A stretch of 63,680 nucleotides of DNA, filler included, from Octopus bimaculoides (GCF_001194135.2; 5 parts of 5 records of this genome joined end to end with filler, not necessarily neighbours in it); one strand, 5' to 3'. Positions 1-13,368 are shown, counted from the first letter of the whole stretch. Translations and numbers: made by a program. Notes: a model not told the origin generated them from the letters alone.

Positions 1-190
1 TGTATGTATGTATGTATGTATGTATGTATGTATGTATGCATGTTGTATGTATGTATGCATGTATGTATGCATGTTGTATGTATGTATGTACGTATGTATG
101 TACGTATGTATGTATGTATGTATGTATGTATGTATGTATGCATGTTGTATGTATGCATGTATGTATGTATGTATGTATGTATGTATATGC
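1..190. repeat. (TATG)n tetranucleotide microsatellite with TGCA variants
   Basis: Direct tandem TGTA/TATG units; explains the spurious MYVC-type ORFs. Confidence 0.95.
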
Positions 191-204
191 ATTTACGTGT
201 GTGT

Positions 205-423
205 CTTTGTGTCTGTGTTTGTCTCCTCCCACCAACGTTTGACAACCAATGCTGGTGTGTTTATGTTCCCCTAATTTAGCAGTTCGGCAAAAGAAGATGT
301 ATGGAGTAAGTAGTAGGCTTACAAAAAATAAGTCCTAGGGTCGATTTCTTCGACTAAAACCCTTTAAGTGGTGCCCCAGCATAGCTGCAGTCACATGACT
401 GAGACGTGTAAAAGAATAAAAGC
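205..423 (+). mobile_element. 3' part of an abundant SINE family
   Basis: ttgacaacc...gggtcgatttcttcgactaaaacc...gtggtgccccagcatagctgcagtca...gtaaaagaataaaag; homologous segments recur at 10280-10470 (minus), 19000-19162 and 60040-60125. Confidence 0.75.
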
Positions 424-600
424 AGACACACGCATGGATCCTTTGGACTCACTCGTTGATTGTTACCTCGTGTTTGTCCTAAGGTCTATTACACCCCACT
501 TTTGTTTAAAGAGCTTCTGTCATTTGTTATTATCAACGCGTGTGTGTGCGTGTATTATATGCAATATATTGGGTTTATGTGTAGATTTCTAATTATCTGC

Positions 601-631
<31 letters not shown>

Positions 632-1320
632 NNNNNNNNNNNNNNNNNNNNNNNNNNNNNNNNNNNNNNNNNNNNNNNNNNNNNNNNNNNNNNNNNNNNN
701 NNNNNNNNNNNNNNNNNNNNNNNNNNNNNNNNNNNNNNNNNNNNNNNNNNNNNNNNNNNNNNNNNNNNNNNNNNNNNNNNNNNNNNNNNNNNNNNNNNNN
801 NNNNNNNNNNNNNNNNNNNNNNNNNNNNNNNNNNNNNNNNNNNNNNNNNNNNNNNNNNNNNNNNNNNNNNNNNNNNNNNNNNNNNNNNNNNNNNNNNNNN
901 NNNNNNNNNNNNNNNNNNNNNNNNNNNNNNNNNNNNNNNNNNNNNNNNNNNNNNNNNNNNNNNNNNNNNNNNNNNNNNNNNNNNNNNNNNNNNNNNNNNN
1001 NNNNNNNNNNNNNNNNNNNNNNNNNNNNNNNNNNNNNNNNNNNNNNNNNNNNNNNNNNNNNNNNNNNNNNNNNNNNNNNNNNNNNNNNNATGTATATGTG
1101 TATGTATGTATGTAAGTATGTATGTGTGTGCACATGTGTGTGTGTGTGTGTGTGTGTGCGTGTATATGTCGGTCTATGCATCTATGTGTACATGCGTGTA
1201 ATTGATTGCGTGCTTCTGCGTTTGAGTACGTGGAGCAGGAGGCACTCCACAATCCATTGTCAGCCTGCAGTTTAATCTGTTGAGCTAATATTGACACTGT
1301 TTTGTTTTATTTGATTACAG

Positions 1321-1404
1321 ATTTGTTTGATAAGGAATGGCGACACTGATGGCAGTGATGGTGGTGGTGGTGGTGGTGGTGGTGGTGGTGGTGGCAGCAC
1401 TGAG
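1321..1404 (+). other. Candidate 84-nt symmetric exon (ICLIRNGDTDGSD-G12-STE)
   Basis: Acceptor tttgttttatttgattacAG, donor GAG|GTGAGC, open only in phase 0; the core is a (GGT)n microsatellite, so it may be chance. Confidence 0.2.
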
Positions 1405-1610
1405 GTGAGCAAATAAAATAGTAACGCTGTCACGTATCATTTGATATTAGTGATATTTCTTCTTCACGTGTCTTTACCACCAACCTGTGTCCCATTTCTG
1501 AGTGCTACTCTGAGTATCTGACTTCACTGAGTATTAACTGAGTATCTGTGTCACATTAATTAAATACATACTACTAAACCCACATTGCACATAATATTTA
1601 CACTTTTTTA

Positions 1611-1792
1611 AGGCGGCGAACTGGTAGAAATGTTAGCACGCCAGGCGAAGTGTTTAACGGTATTTCGTCTGTCTTTACGTTCTGAGTTCAAATTCCACCT
1701 AGGTCAACTTTGTCTTTCGGGCTCAATAAATCAAGTACCAGTTGCATACTGGCTCCCTCCCCCAAAATTTCGGGCCTTGTGCCTAGAGTAGG
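1611..1792 (+). mobile_element. tRNA-derived SINE, second family
   Basis: A-box-like ggcgaactggtagaa and B-box-like gagttcaaattcc; related copies at 15137-15292 (+), 27215-27420 (-), 27510-27720 (-) and about 32820-33030 (-). Confidence 0.7.
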
Positions 1793-2022
1793 AAAAAAGA
1801 ATATCTACGCTTCTTTCTTTTTATTGCTCATATTTACTGTCTTTCATCCATTCATCTGTTCTTTGTTTCTTTAGTTCTTTCTCCCACTTCCTATTTTCGC
1901 TCCTTTATTTTCAATTCTGTCTTATTAGTTCTACTCCCTTCCTGTCTCCTCTTAATCTTGTCCACTCTCAGGATAGTATTGTTGCTGCTGCTGTTGTTGT
2001 TGTTGGTGGTGGTGGCGATGTG

Positions 2023-2115
2023 GTCTTCTTCTTCTTCTTCTTCTTCTTCTTCTTCTTCTTTTTCTTCTTCTTCTTCTTCTTCTTCTTCTTCTTCTTCTTC
2101 TTCTTCTTCTTCTTC
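2023..2115. repeat. (CTT)n microsatellite
   Basis: Direct tandem repeat; source of the poly-E/K/S/F ORFs. Confidence 0.95.
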
Positions 2116-2769
2116 ACACATTCCTCTTCTCCTCCCCTCCCTTTCCTTCCTCTCACACCTAACACATATTTTACGTACTACCTATTCAGTCTCTGTGAAC
2201 GTCACACCCCGCTGTATGATTTATTGTAGTCACCATTAGGTATGGAACGAATGATAAATATATTTGGAGACAATAAACAAATATATGAACGGCTGTGGCC
2301 TCCACTTCAGTTACAACTCAATTTCAGTTATAACCTCACTCTGCTTCAATCTTTGCTGTGACGGTGACATGTTGCATGTCCCTTAATAAGGAGAGAATTC
2401 TCAAAAGAAGCTGGAATCCATTCTTAAATTGTCATTAAAAGATCTTTTCACTTTTCATGTTTTTTTTTCAGTTTTCATATTTAGTCATTTTTTTTTTTGT
2501 TTTATTAATGGTTAAACAATTTTTTTAGTTGGAGATGGTAACCAAAAGTACCGATAGTTTTCATAAAACGAGGGGAAATAACCCAATTTTTTAATGGGGG
2601 TGAGATAACCAGAAAGTACCAACTCCTTGATGCGCACAGACTGTATATAAGACGAGATGGTTATGGTTTAAACACCTTTTATCGTAGGTTATTTGCTCGA
2701 TCAGGATTAACATAGCCTACAGTAACAAACCATCAGAATTGAGTCAGATTTTGTGGGTGTATTGGGGAG

Positions 2770-4560
2770 TGATTCTATGTCAGTCTCTCCTTATGTGTGC
2801 TAGTAGAGAGGAGAGCCTCGTACACTGTCAGCAAGTGTTTGGAGCTAAAGTATTTTATTACCCGAGAAAGACAGTCTATGGGATTCAGTTCTCACTAGGT
2901 TATGGTTGAAAGATCACAATGACAAATCAGTAACTGTGAGGCCTGGCAGTTATAGCGACTTCGACGGTTTTTGTCGTGTGTTGTCTCAGTTTAAGAAGGG
3001 TGGTGGAATAAAAGTGTTTCCTGTGTTTTTGCAATTAAAGGGTGACAGTACTATTCTATTAGAGAATGTTTTTGAGGTCTCTGGTCATGAAGGTAGAGCA
3101 AGCTTAGTGCAAAATTTGCATATAGCTGGTACTTATATAAGGATGATTAAGGATTTATGAAGGATGTTTATCATCTCTACAGCAGATGGTTTTGTTAAAG
3201 GTGGATGCATGTAGGCGATTGATGTGCTTGATAAAGTGTGCAAGGTACATAACATTGTAGGGGATTACCAGAGTTGGTAGAATACAAGTGTAGGTCAGAA
3301 ATGCAATGTTGTAATTTGATAGTAAGCTTTCAATGTAAGAAATGAGAGTTAAATACAGGCAGTTTCGTTACAATATCTGCATGTCAGGCATGGTCAAATG
3401 CTTTGTATTTGTGAAGTGCGATTAGATTTCTTTCACTAAATGTCTCAATAGCGAAGCATACTGATGAGTGACTTAGGAGGGATATGATTCGAGTAAAACT
3501 GACTTTATGAAGAACGGGGACTCAAAGGTGATTGTTAACGATTGTTCCCATTATGATTGACATAACATATGAAAGAGGCAAAGTTAGAGGGTCTAGAATT
3601 CAGAAGGATGTGACAAACTGTAGATTCTTTCCAAAGATCGAAATAAATGCTTAGAGTCTAGCTCTAGGTAGATATTAAAGAGACACTACCAGGGTCTGTG
3701 GCCATGTTGGTTCCAAGTAACTGGAGTTGATTTCGCACTTGACCTGTTTGTGTTTAAGTTTGGTATAATTGAAATGGATGATTTTGATTTTGAACAAGCA
3801 TTGCCCCTTGCGCGTGTGTCTGTGTGTTTTCTCCGTAGTTACTTAGTAAACCATCGTGATTGAGAAGTGAAGTGTATGAGGGTACTCCAAAGGTGGTAGA
3901 GAGCTATTCGATAAAGAACTAGAATCATCAGCGGTTTGCAATGCAGAATACTTTGCGAGCTGTGCTATGTAAAAAGGTGTGTTTTGCATTATGAATGGTC
4001 TTACATTGTACCGAAGTTGTAGTGGGTGAACTGGGTTTATATGTTTTGTATGTGTTGGTAATATGAATCAGTCAGCTGATTTGGAATGTCATAGAATTTG
4101 AATGGTATAGTATGTGGTTCTATGGTGAGTACTGACGATACGGCATAGTGGAACGATTCAACAGATACAAAAACGATGGTGGGAGAGTAGAAGTCAGGTT
4201 TTCAAGTAAGATACAAGTCAAGATTGTCTACGGAGTTCGAGTGTCGATGAGAGACACATGTTAAGGAGGAAAAGTAAAAATGGGAAAAGATTCGAATTTT
4301 CGTCCAGTAGCATCAATGTGAGATGAGTAAGAGAGCCAAGGAAAATTGCGAACACTAAAGTCACCTAGGAGAGGGGTGAAAGAAGAGAGATTTCTTTAAT
4401 CTAAAAAGTGATATTATTGCAGATTAGGTGGTGGTTGAAGGAGTTCGAAGACAATATATGAACTCGGAGAAATGAGGACGGCTCACTTTGAGCCAAGTAA
4501 TTGGAAGTCCTTGTTGTTGATATCCGGGTGAGGGGTGAGAGGTTGGATCAGTGGAATCTA
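2770..4560 (-). mobile_element. Highly decayed Penelope-like retroelement (RT plus GIY-YIG endonuclease remnants)
   Basis: Minus-strand fragments in the expected order: DNLDLYLT*KPD (cf. DxxIKPADK), LP-KH-P..VRP (cf. LPKIHKP..GRPI), YTSLLNHDGL at 3847-3876 (cf. LYTxIPHxxGL), GTNMA at 3700-3714 (cf. GTxMGP), and a frameshifted HI-GET near 2780-2797 (cf. YIGET); many stops and frameshifts; boundaries approximate. Confidence 0.55.
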
Positions 4561-5072
4561 CATATTCGCAGACCTCTATCTTTCAGAGTGGAATTTCGGC
4601 AGAAAATATAACTTGATTATTAGATATTGCTGATATATAGAAGAAAATAAGAGATTTCTGTGCCAGAGAGGAACAAGATGTTTGGTTTGTGTTAGCTGGA
4701 ACCTATGAATGTCTGAGAAATATAGGAGAACTGTCTGGTAATTTCAAGTTTTAAACATTTTATATTATTTAGTTTAGATTTGGTTTCGTTGTGGATGTAG
4801 GAGAGGAGACCGCGATTCCCGTGTTGCTGCTTAATGGATCCAAGTTGGATCCAATTGGATGTATGGCTCCTTGCAAATCCTCAGCTTAGTGGGTTATCAG
4901 TCAAGAATTGATAAAGATGTAGATATGAGATTATGTACCAGCAGGCAAAGAGGTTATTCATGGGCCCGATCTGTTAAAGACACTCATAGAAAGGAAGTAG
5001 CATTAATCACAAGATGTGTTAAGCTTATCTCTCAGCCCGATCATGTGTGTGTGTGTGTGTGTGTGTGTGTTT

Positions 5073-5122
<50 letters not shown>

Positions 5123-5719
5123 GCATGTGCGTGTGTGTGGTGTTTTACCGTGTCACTTTGCGACTTACTCTGTAGAGTAGGAATGCGTTCAAAAGGGGAA
5201 GAGAGATTGAAAGAAGCCTTTTAAGGGGCTACAAGATNNNNNNNNNNNNNNNNNNNNNNNNNNNNNNNNNNNNNNNNNNNNNNNNNNNNNNNNNNNNNNN
5301 NNNNNNNNNNNNNNNNNNNNNNNNNNNNNNNNNNNNNNNNNNNNNNNNNNNNNNNNNNNNNNNNNNNNNNNNNNNNNNNNNNNNNNNNNNNNNNNNNNNN
5401 NNNNNNNNNNNNNNNNNNNNNNNNNNNNNNNNNNNNNNNNNNNNNNNNNNNNNNNNNNNNNNNNNNNNNNNNNNNNNNNNNNNNNNNNNNNNNNNNNNNN
5501 NNNNNNNNNNNNNNNNNNNNNNNNNNNNNNNNNNNNNNNNNNNNNNNNNNNNNNNNNNNNNNNNNNNNNNNNNNNNNNNNNNNNNNNNNNNNNNNNNNNN
5601 NNNNNNNNNNNNNNNNNNNNNNNNNNNNNNNNNNNNNNNNNNNNNNNNNNNNNNNNNNNNNNNNNNNNNNNNNNNNNNNNNNNNNNNNNNNNNNNNNNNN
5701 NNNNNNNNNNNNNNNNNNN

Positions 5720-5756
<37 letters not shown>

Positions 5757-7927
5757 GTATGTATGTTATTGATTGCACGAATCTGTACAGCAACAACTAT
5801 ATTATATAAAATGGTTCTGCTAATATGTGCTGTATGTATTATATATAATTGGTCGGACTAACTAGTGCTAAGATGGCAAATGTACAACACAGTAATTGTA
5901 AACAATATCTTTCCGCTTACTTGTCAGAAGCAAAAGTAGCTGTATGTTTAACTTATTACTCGAATAATATTGCAGAGGGTTTTTCTTAATTTTGTAATTA
6001 TAGTTATCACAGTAAAGGGACAGTAAAAGATATTTTATTCAACTGTTTTTACAGGCTGCAACAAAGATTAAATCGTATCTCATACAAATAGTAACATAAC
6101 ATTTCAATAGGTAACGTCAATAGATTCAGTTTAGTGTCCTCTACGAGCCACTTGTCGAAATTTCACTGAAACGAGGCCATAAGTGAAAGGTAATTGAAAT
6201 TGTCGGCTTAAAAGACAGTATGCAGTTTCTATTGAATAGAGAGTCCTCTAATTTCTACAACACTCGGTTTTATACGCTAAATGTGGCCAAAAGTATTAAT
6301 GCTCACAGATTTTCCTGTTTATATTTGTCCGTAAATTGATTGAGTGAGTCTCTAGTGCGCCGGATAGATTACCAGGTCACATTTGTGTCAGCTCTCTTCG
6401 TTCGCAGCTCAAATACGGCGAGGTCAGATTTGCTTTTTACCAGTTTCTCCTGTGCTCAAGTCGGTGTTTTTCTTTTGTTTGTTTGTTTGTTTGTTTGTTT
6501 CTTTCTTTCTCGTTGACCTTCTGGAAGAAGTTGGCTTGAAGAAAAGACCTTGAAAGTGATGATCTCCAAGAAGTCTAAATGATGCTCAAAATATATGTCA
6601 CGACAGAGCCCAGTCACAAGTTGAAGACTCAAGACAAAGCAAGAAACAAGCTGGAGGAGCCGAGAGATTAGCAGTTTCGTAGAATGTTTATATAAGCTAT
6701 GAAGTCTGTATTCATAAATAAATGTATAACTACTGTATCAACTATGTTTATTTATTGCTTTTCGTATGAGTGTTTATTATTTTTTTTACCGATTATTTTG
6801 AGTTTCATGGTAGCATGATTTTATGGTTGAAATTGCTTAACATTTAAAAAAGAAGACCAAGCGTAGTTATTTGTGTATTTCCTTGCAAACGTTTAGAATT
6901 CTGCATATTGAATACTTACAGAAAATTTCTAGAGTTTTAAAAGTTTCAAATACATTATAAATTTGAATAGTATTCCTGCTTTTTTTTAGCTAGTATACAA
7001 GAACAAGTGGAACACACGTCTGAAATCTACGCTACATAAATATATGAGCACATTCAATCAATCCGTTTTGATTATTTCTGTTCTACAAGGTTATCGCTAA
7101 ATAACATTTTCTTACAGTTGTATAGATTCACAGACTGAAATAATATTCATTAAGTTACACCTGAATGGTTGAAGATAGAATTCAAATATATCGATCGGTA
7201 AATAATACTTGTCCGTTCAAATACTAATCAACTAACAAATCAATATTTTTTATTTACTTACTATATTTAGAGTAAATCTAATGAATAAACTTGATCGTTT
7301 TATTTTGAATGATTTGAGGCGTCTCTTAATGGTTGATTGATCTCTGATTTGGAAGACGAACTGCTCGACTGTTTAGAGTTCATATTCTCACAACAGTGTC
7401 AACGGTTTAAGTCACAAGAATTGGCTACAGTTGAGACTCTTATATCGTTCTTTGATTAGCTTGATCAATAGGTTATCATATCTTCTATAGTTAACCACTC
7501 TGATATAGTTTCCATTATGCGACAGATTCCACTCTACAGCAATTCTCACTCTGAGTTAATCTTCACCAAACACGCTACTTACTCTACAGTCAGTCTCACT
7601 CTAATGGAGTTCCGATCATGCGAGCATCTAGTGCGATGTGGTCTTCACTTAACAGTTGATTCCATTCTAAAGTAACCTACTTTCTTGAGTAGCCATCAGT
7701 CTACAGGAGTTGCGGGGAAAATGTTGTAATCTACAAAAGGCACGACAAAATTGCTTAATGCACAATTCACACGCTTTGATAATCCAGTAGTGGAGAGAAA
7801 TCTGGCTTGTTTTTAAATTTTATATTGAATACAACTAATGAAAGTTATATTTAAGAGTTTCTTAGATTACAGACCACAGATGTTACCAAACTGACAAAAA
7901 GCAGTTCTTGATTCAAATACCACTCAC

Positions 7928-8031
7928 CTTAAACTCTGATTCAAGTCTTTCTAGCTGTTTTGAAGAATAAGCCTGACGAGGTTTCCGTTCCACATTTGTC
8001 CGTCTCTGACGACGTGCAAAGTTTCTCTGCG
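7928..8031 (-). CDS. Abox: Homeobox gene exon 2: (A)QRNFARRQRRTNVERKPRQAYSSKQLERLESEFK, the N-terminal arm and helix 1 of an Abox/ceh-19-type homeodomain
   Basis: Acceptor ttttcattttcgtttcAG and donor AAG|GTGAGT; the phase-1 start joins exon 1 (G|CG = Ala); 104 nt; RKPRQAYS is characteristic of Abox/CG34031/ceh-19 as recalled. Confidence 0.8.
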
Positions 8032-8257
8032 CTGAAACGAAAATGAAAACAAGACTTCTAGCTTAGAGGAAAAAAACAAAGGATAGACATTTTGTATTAA
8101 AATGACATCAACTTTAATCAACACTAGTGGTTCTTGTTTTAATGACTCTAAAGAGGTGAAAGTCTAACTAGGGCTACATCTTAGTATCTAATGAAATAAA
8201 AAAGGCCTCTGATAGAATATATAAGGCCTTTTATGACAACATACCAAATCGAATGTA

Positions 8258-8482
8258 CAGTAATCCCTCGCCATTTCGCAGTTCACCTATCGCGGTTTAT
8301 TATCTAAGCTTGCGTCGATTCCTCCGTGGTGTTGTTTTGCATTTATAATAAAATAAAAACATACAAATTATAAAAATAATAATAATAAAAATATACAGTA
8401 CAATACTGTTTCTACATGGCGTATTATCACTTAGCGCGGGAAGTTTTGGAACGTAACACCCGCGATAATTGAGGGATTATTG
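8258..8482. mobile_element. Tc1/mariner-pogo type MITE
   Basis: TA-CAGTAATCCCTCG ... TGAGGGATTATTG-TA terminal inverted repeats with TA target duplication; 225 bp. Confidence 0.75.
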
Positions 8483-9039
8483 TATAAAATAAAAACCGTG
8501 CAAATACTGCTTTGATAACCAATGCCTAAAGAAGAATATATTATACATGAGCAGAGTCAAAACACTAGAGAGTTCCTATTACTACAATGGCGCTTCAGTC
8601 ATGAAATTAAGAACCAGATTGCATAACCACATTCACTCCTTAAAATATAAACGTAAAAGAAAAGAAAAAAAAAACTGCAAGTCGTTGGCTGATTTAATAT
8701 ATTACCTCAAAGAGGGAAAGAAAGATTACTCTTTTTCGTTTTCTATTATAGGTTGTGCTCTTCCTTATAGAAGGAGCAGTTGGGATTCTAATTTGTGCTT
8801 TGTGGATGCACTTGAATTAATCAGTTGTAAATCCAACCTCATTAACAACCGTAATGAGTTAATTCTTCGTTGTTCTCACTTGTTTAACAAAATATTCTAA
8901 AAATTTCCATACAAAAATCCCACATAGTTAAATTAATTGGGTATTATTAAAATTAATGCCTACGCAGAGAATTCGAACCATGCTTCGTGGTTCGCTAACT
9001 CAACAACTCATTTATAGGATCCAATAGCTAAAGACATCA

Positions 9040-9510
9040 TCAGGGGGAACCACGTCCGGTTTCAGCCCCTACTCCTCTACCGTTTTCCGACGTGGCGGCT
9101 CCCACCCTTCCGGAGGTGTCTTCAGCTCTGGTGCTGATTGCTTTTTTTTTTGTTCTTTGGTTGCATCGTCTTTCATGCAGCCTCAGCGAATATCAGCGGG
9201 CGAATCACCATCCTGCCAGATCTCCCTTTAAATACTCGCCTGTAAGCTCCAGCAGCCAGCGCCAACGCTAGCGCCAGCTAACTGTCACGTGACACAATCT
9301 CAGCTTCAACAGCCCGCGTCGACTGTCACGTGGCGCAGTCTACTGACCAATGGAGAGGACGGGCGCGTAGTTTTAGCCCGCGTCCTCTCCAGACCTACCT
9401 TATAACAGAGTCATGTGAGTTTCAGCTCCAGCAGCCAGACCCGGCTAGCTGTCTCGTGGTACAAATCTTCGAACTATCAAGGAGGAGGACACGCATTCAT
9501 CTTCCTTCTT
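9040..9510. promoter_or_regulatory. CpG-rich, promoter/enhancer-like island inside the Abox intron
   Basis: Palindrome TGTCACGTGACA at 9283-9294, CACGTG at 9327-9332, CCAAT at 9347-9351, GC hairpin at 9351-9391, TATA-like elements on both strands; could instead be the 5' end or LTR of a mobile element. Confidence 0.3.
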
Positions 9511-10279
9511 AACTTACCAACAATGTAACATACCAAGTATTCTTCTCTTTTTCTCACTAATATTTAATCTTATCCTTAACTTATTGCACCTAGCATACTT
9601 TAGTTTAATTTTGATTTAATTGAATTCATTTTAACTGTAGAAAATCTGATATTTCTCGAAAAGAATAGAGAAGCGGATAACTATCTAATAAATTCTACAT
9701 TATGTTGCAATGCTGACTGTTGACATTCCCCTGCATCCTTTTTCTTCTACTTAGTTTAGACACATCTATACTGCAAGTCGGTCAGTAAATAATGTTGTTA
9801 GCAGTTCTCTAACTTATGCTCTCACAAGGCAATATCTTTCAACGCTTGTTGACAGCTTGACCTTCCAGAACTGTGAATCTAGCAAGTATATAATAGATAG
9901 GGGTAGTTTTGCAAGTATATAATAAATAGGGGTAGTTTTGCTTGAGTCAGAATCAGAAAATCTACAATAATGACTTTTAAGCTTCGAAGAGAATAAATGG
10001 AGTGGGAGTGGGAGTGGGGGGTAACTTCTTTTACGAATAACTGGATGAACGAACTGATATATAAAAACCATTGTATGGCGTGGGAAGTTCCTTAAGCCAT
10101 TGGAAACGTTCAGGAGTGAACAAAGTTATGTGAGAATATAATTCATCTTTGTTTGTTTGATTCCTATGTATGTATGTGTGTATATTTAATTTATATACGC
10201 TTTTTGATAGTATCATAATGGTTAACTTACCGGAACATTTGTACTCTTAATACAACAATATCCATTTATTCTCTCTTTT

Positions 10280-10680
10280 ACTCTTTTACTTGTTTCAGTC
10301 ATCTAACTGCGGCCATGCTGGAGCACCGCCTATTTTAGTCGAGTAAATCGACCCCAGGACTTATACTTTGGAAACCTAGTACTTATTCTATCGGTTTATT
10401 TTTGCCGAACCGCTAAGTTACGAGGACGTAAACACGCTACCATCGGTTGTCAAGCGATACTGGGGGGACAAACACAGACAAGCAAACATATGCAGACACA
10501 TAGATACATATATACATATATACGACGGGCTTCTTTCAGTTTCCGTTTACCAAATCCCCTCACAAGGCTTTGGTCGGCCCGAGGCTATAGTAGAAGACAC
10601 TTGCTCAAGGTGCCACGCAGTGGGAATGAACTCAGAACCATGTGGTTGATAAGCGAGCTACTTACCACACAACCACATGC
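10280..10680 (-). mobile_element. Near full-length tRNA-derived SINE with an internal CA/TA microsatellite
   Basis: Reverse-complement homology to 205-423 and 18740-19162; tRNA-like head near 10620-10680. Confidence 0.75.
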
Positions 10681-11352
10681 AAATTACAGAGTAAAAATAT
10701 TTATTTATGAACCCAGAACTGAAATGGATCTAAATATTATGTCTGGTATCAATTAGAGGAGAATATCAGGTACGTCTTTCCTGAGGAGGGGTCAGGAAAA
10801 CTGCTCCCCAGGATGCACCAGAAGGATCTTGCCTTCGTTTCTGCCGGACAGAAAAATCAGCATTTGCATTCGTTTTAAATTACAGTAAAACTTTATATTT
10901 ACACTTAATTCAGTTCATCTGATACACACTATATTGCACACACACACATACACACATTGGCAGCATGAACATTGAATGCATCGTCTGAAGCAAGGTGATC
11001 ACGTTCCTGAGAACGACGATTCCTCCTTTTTTATATGGTTGCCTGCGAATACGCTCCATTGAAAAAAGTCTCAAAAGGCCGAAATGCATATGCTGCTCTG
11101 CTGGGACAAATTATTGCTTCTGATATTTATTGTGTTTTTAAATCAACAAGTCCATAAGAGATACTGTCTCAGGACAAATACTGCAGTAACTAGTAACTTG
11201 CCTTTCGACAGTGTGTGTACATTAAATATGCTATATAAGTACGTACCTACATATGCACACGCACACACATGTATATATATATATATATACATACACATGC
11301 ACACACACATATGTATATGTATGCAAGACTGTGTATATATATGTATATATAT

Positions 11353-11386
<34 letters not shown>

Positions 11387-12412
11387 GTATACACACACAC
11401 ACATGTACACATGCGCACATATACATACTTGCTCATACATACACACGCAGCCTCACAGATTTTTGCATGTTCATTAAAGTCAAATGTTTATATAGTCATT
11501 ACGGACATTTTAAGCTGAATGGAGATTATAGTATCGAGGAAAGCATTAAGAGGAATGTAAAAAGTCATAGCAACAAGCTCTGTATGAATTTTGGTCTTAT
11601 CAAATGTTTCTCATTGATAAATACATACATTCTTGCATGCATGCATACATACATACATACATACATACATACGTACGTACGTACGTATAAACATGGTTAA
11701 CTAGAAATCCCAAGACCTAAAATGTCACGGCTAATGAAGAATTTACAATTACGAGCCGTTAATGAGATCTCGGAAATATGTAAAACATTTCAGTCTAGAC
11801 AGTATTATGTACATATAACTAGGAATAGGCATACACATATGTCAAAGTGTGCATTTTCTCATTCACAGCGTCACGTATTCACACATACACACGCATACAT
11901 AGATGAATATAATACAAAGGTACATGAATACACATGTATGTACATACTTACGCATACATGCGTATATACGTTAATATATACATGCATATCCATCAAAACG
12001 TCTATCATTTACAAGCATAGCAGACTTGAAATAGTTATGTAGGACAGAAAATAAACGTTATGTACTGTAATAGAGGTTAGTTGCCCTGTATATGTGAATA
12101 TCACTTTCCAAAATCAGTGAGAAGGAGAATTTTTATGGACAACTACTTTGAAATCTCTACTCTGATTATAACTATATTTCGTACGAATTATCATTGGTGC
12201 ACTTAATAATATTATTAAATGTCTTAGCGACAACCTTGGAGGGGATATAATTTTCAGGCAAAAACTCTGGCTAATACGAATTTTAAACATACAGTCTATA
12301 AGAGGAACATTAAAAGTATGTAAAACTTCTCAATGTTTGATATGTAAAAGTGACGGAGTTTCTGCTTCTTTGTTAGAAACCAACTTCTTCCTTCTAAAAA
12401 GAATTCTAATAA

Positions 12413-12466
<54 letters not shown>

Positions 12467-12599
12467 GTTTACAAACTGAACGAGCTACGCATACGCTGGA
12501 GTTTTGATAGTGATGGTATGTCTGGTATTTCATCGTACTGTTTAGGTCACATCTGGACACCGAATCTTTTTACAGTTTGTCTAGAGCAAGTAAAGGGCA

Positions 12600-12940
12600 G
12601 AAGGTAAAGACCACCTTCAGTCATGAATAACCATGGGCTTGCACTTAGAAAGTTCCTCTCCGAGGCACAAGTCTGGGAAAGGTTGTTTATGGAAGACCAG
12701 CTGTCGCCCATGCATAGCGGTCTTCCCTGTCCACATCACTGATGTTATGCAAGGGAAAGACAGAAGCTGATACAGCTTGGCACCACTGACGTCGCAACTC
12801 ATTTCTACAGCTGAGTGAACTGGAGCAACATGAAATAAAGTATCTTGCTCAAGAATACAACACACAGCCTGGCCCGGTCCGGGAATCGAACACTCTATCT
12901 CATGATTGTGAACCCGACGCTCTAACCACTGAGTCATGCT
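12600..12940 (-). mobile_element. tRNA-derived SINE, third family
   Basis: Minus-strand head actcagtggttagagcgtc...gttcgattcccgg, followed by gtgttgtattcttgagcaagatactt; the head is related to 58020-58215 (+). Confidence 0.7.
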
Positions 12941-13152
12941 CCTTCCCTAGGGCAAGTAAGTCAGGGGAAATTATTATATAACTCTCAGAAATAAAATAGT
13001 TTAAGAATCTGAAGTGAAGAGAACGGCCTTATGAAACACAAGAGAACCAGAGGATTTGAGTTTCATCCCTTTAAATTTCAATCTAGAATATATTTGGTGT
13101 CGATTTTATATTTCACTTCTCTGTGTTGTATAAGATAACAGCCAGAAATATA

Positions 13153-13368
13153 TGAGGGAGTGGTGAAAATTTCCTGGTTTTGGGTAAATGGAATACCGAA
13201 AGATCAGTCAATTATGATTTTATTCAACATATTCCCCTCTCAAATTCACACACTTATTGCAGTGGTCCTTCATTTTTTTCTAAGACCTGTAAAAGAGCTC
13301 GGAAGGTTGGGCCTCCAGCCAGGCCTTTAGCGACACCCTTAAAGCCAGGAACTATTCATCACCCGTCA
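13153..13368. mobile_element. Mariner-derived MITE
   Basis: TA-TGAGGGAGTGGTGAAAATTTCCTGGTTT versus reverse complement of the right end TA-TGACGGGTGATGAATAGTTCCTGGCTTT. Confidence 0.65.

Noticed and set aside
1180-1297. Minus-strand peptide LAQQIKLQADNGLW as a possible Abox C-terminus
   Set aside because: In-frame stop just upstream, no pyrimidine tract, and no preceding WFQNRR
9020-9130. GAAAC, CTGATGA and CTGAAGA boxes on the minus strand as a hammerhead
   Set aside because: The boxes are in the wrong order or lack a closing stem II and stem I; no foldable topology found by hand
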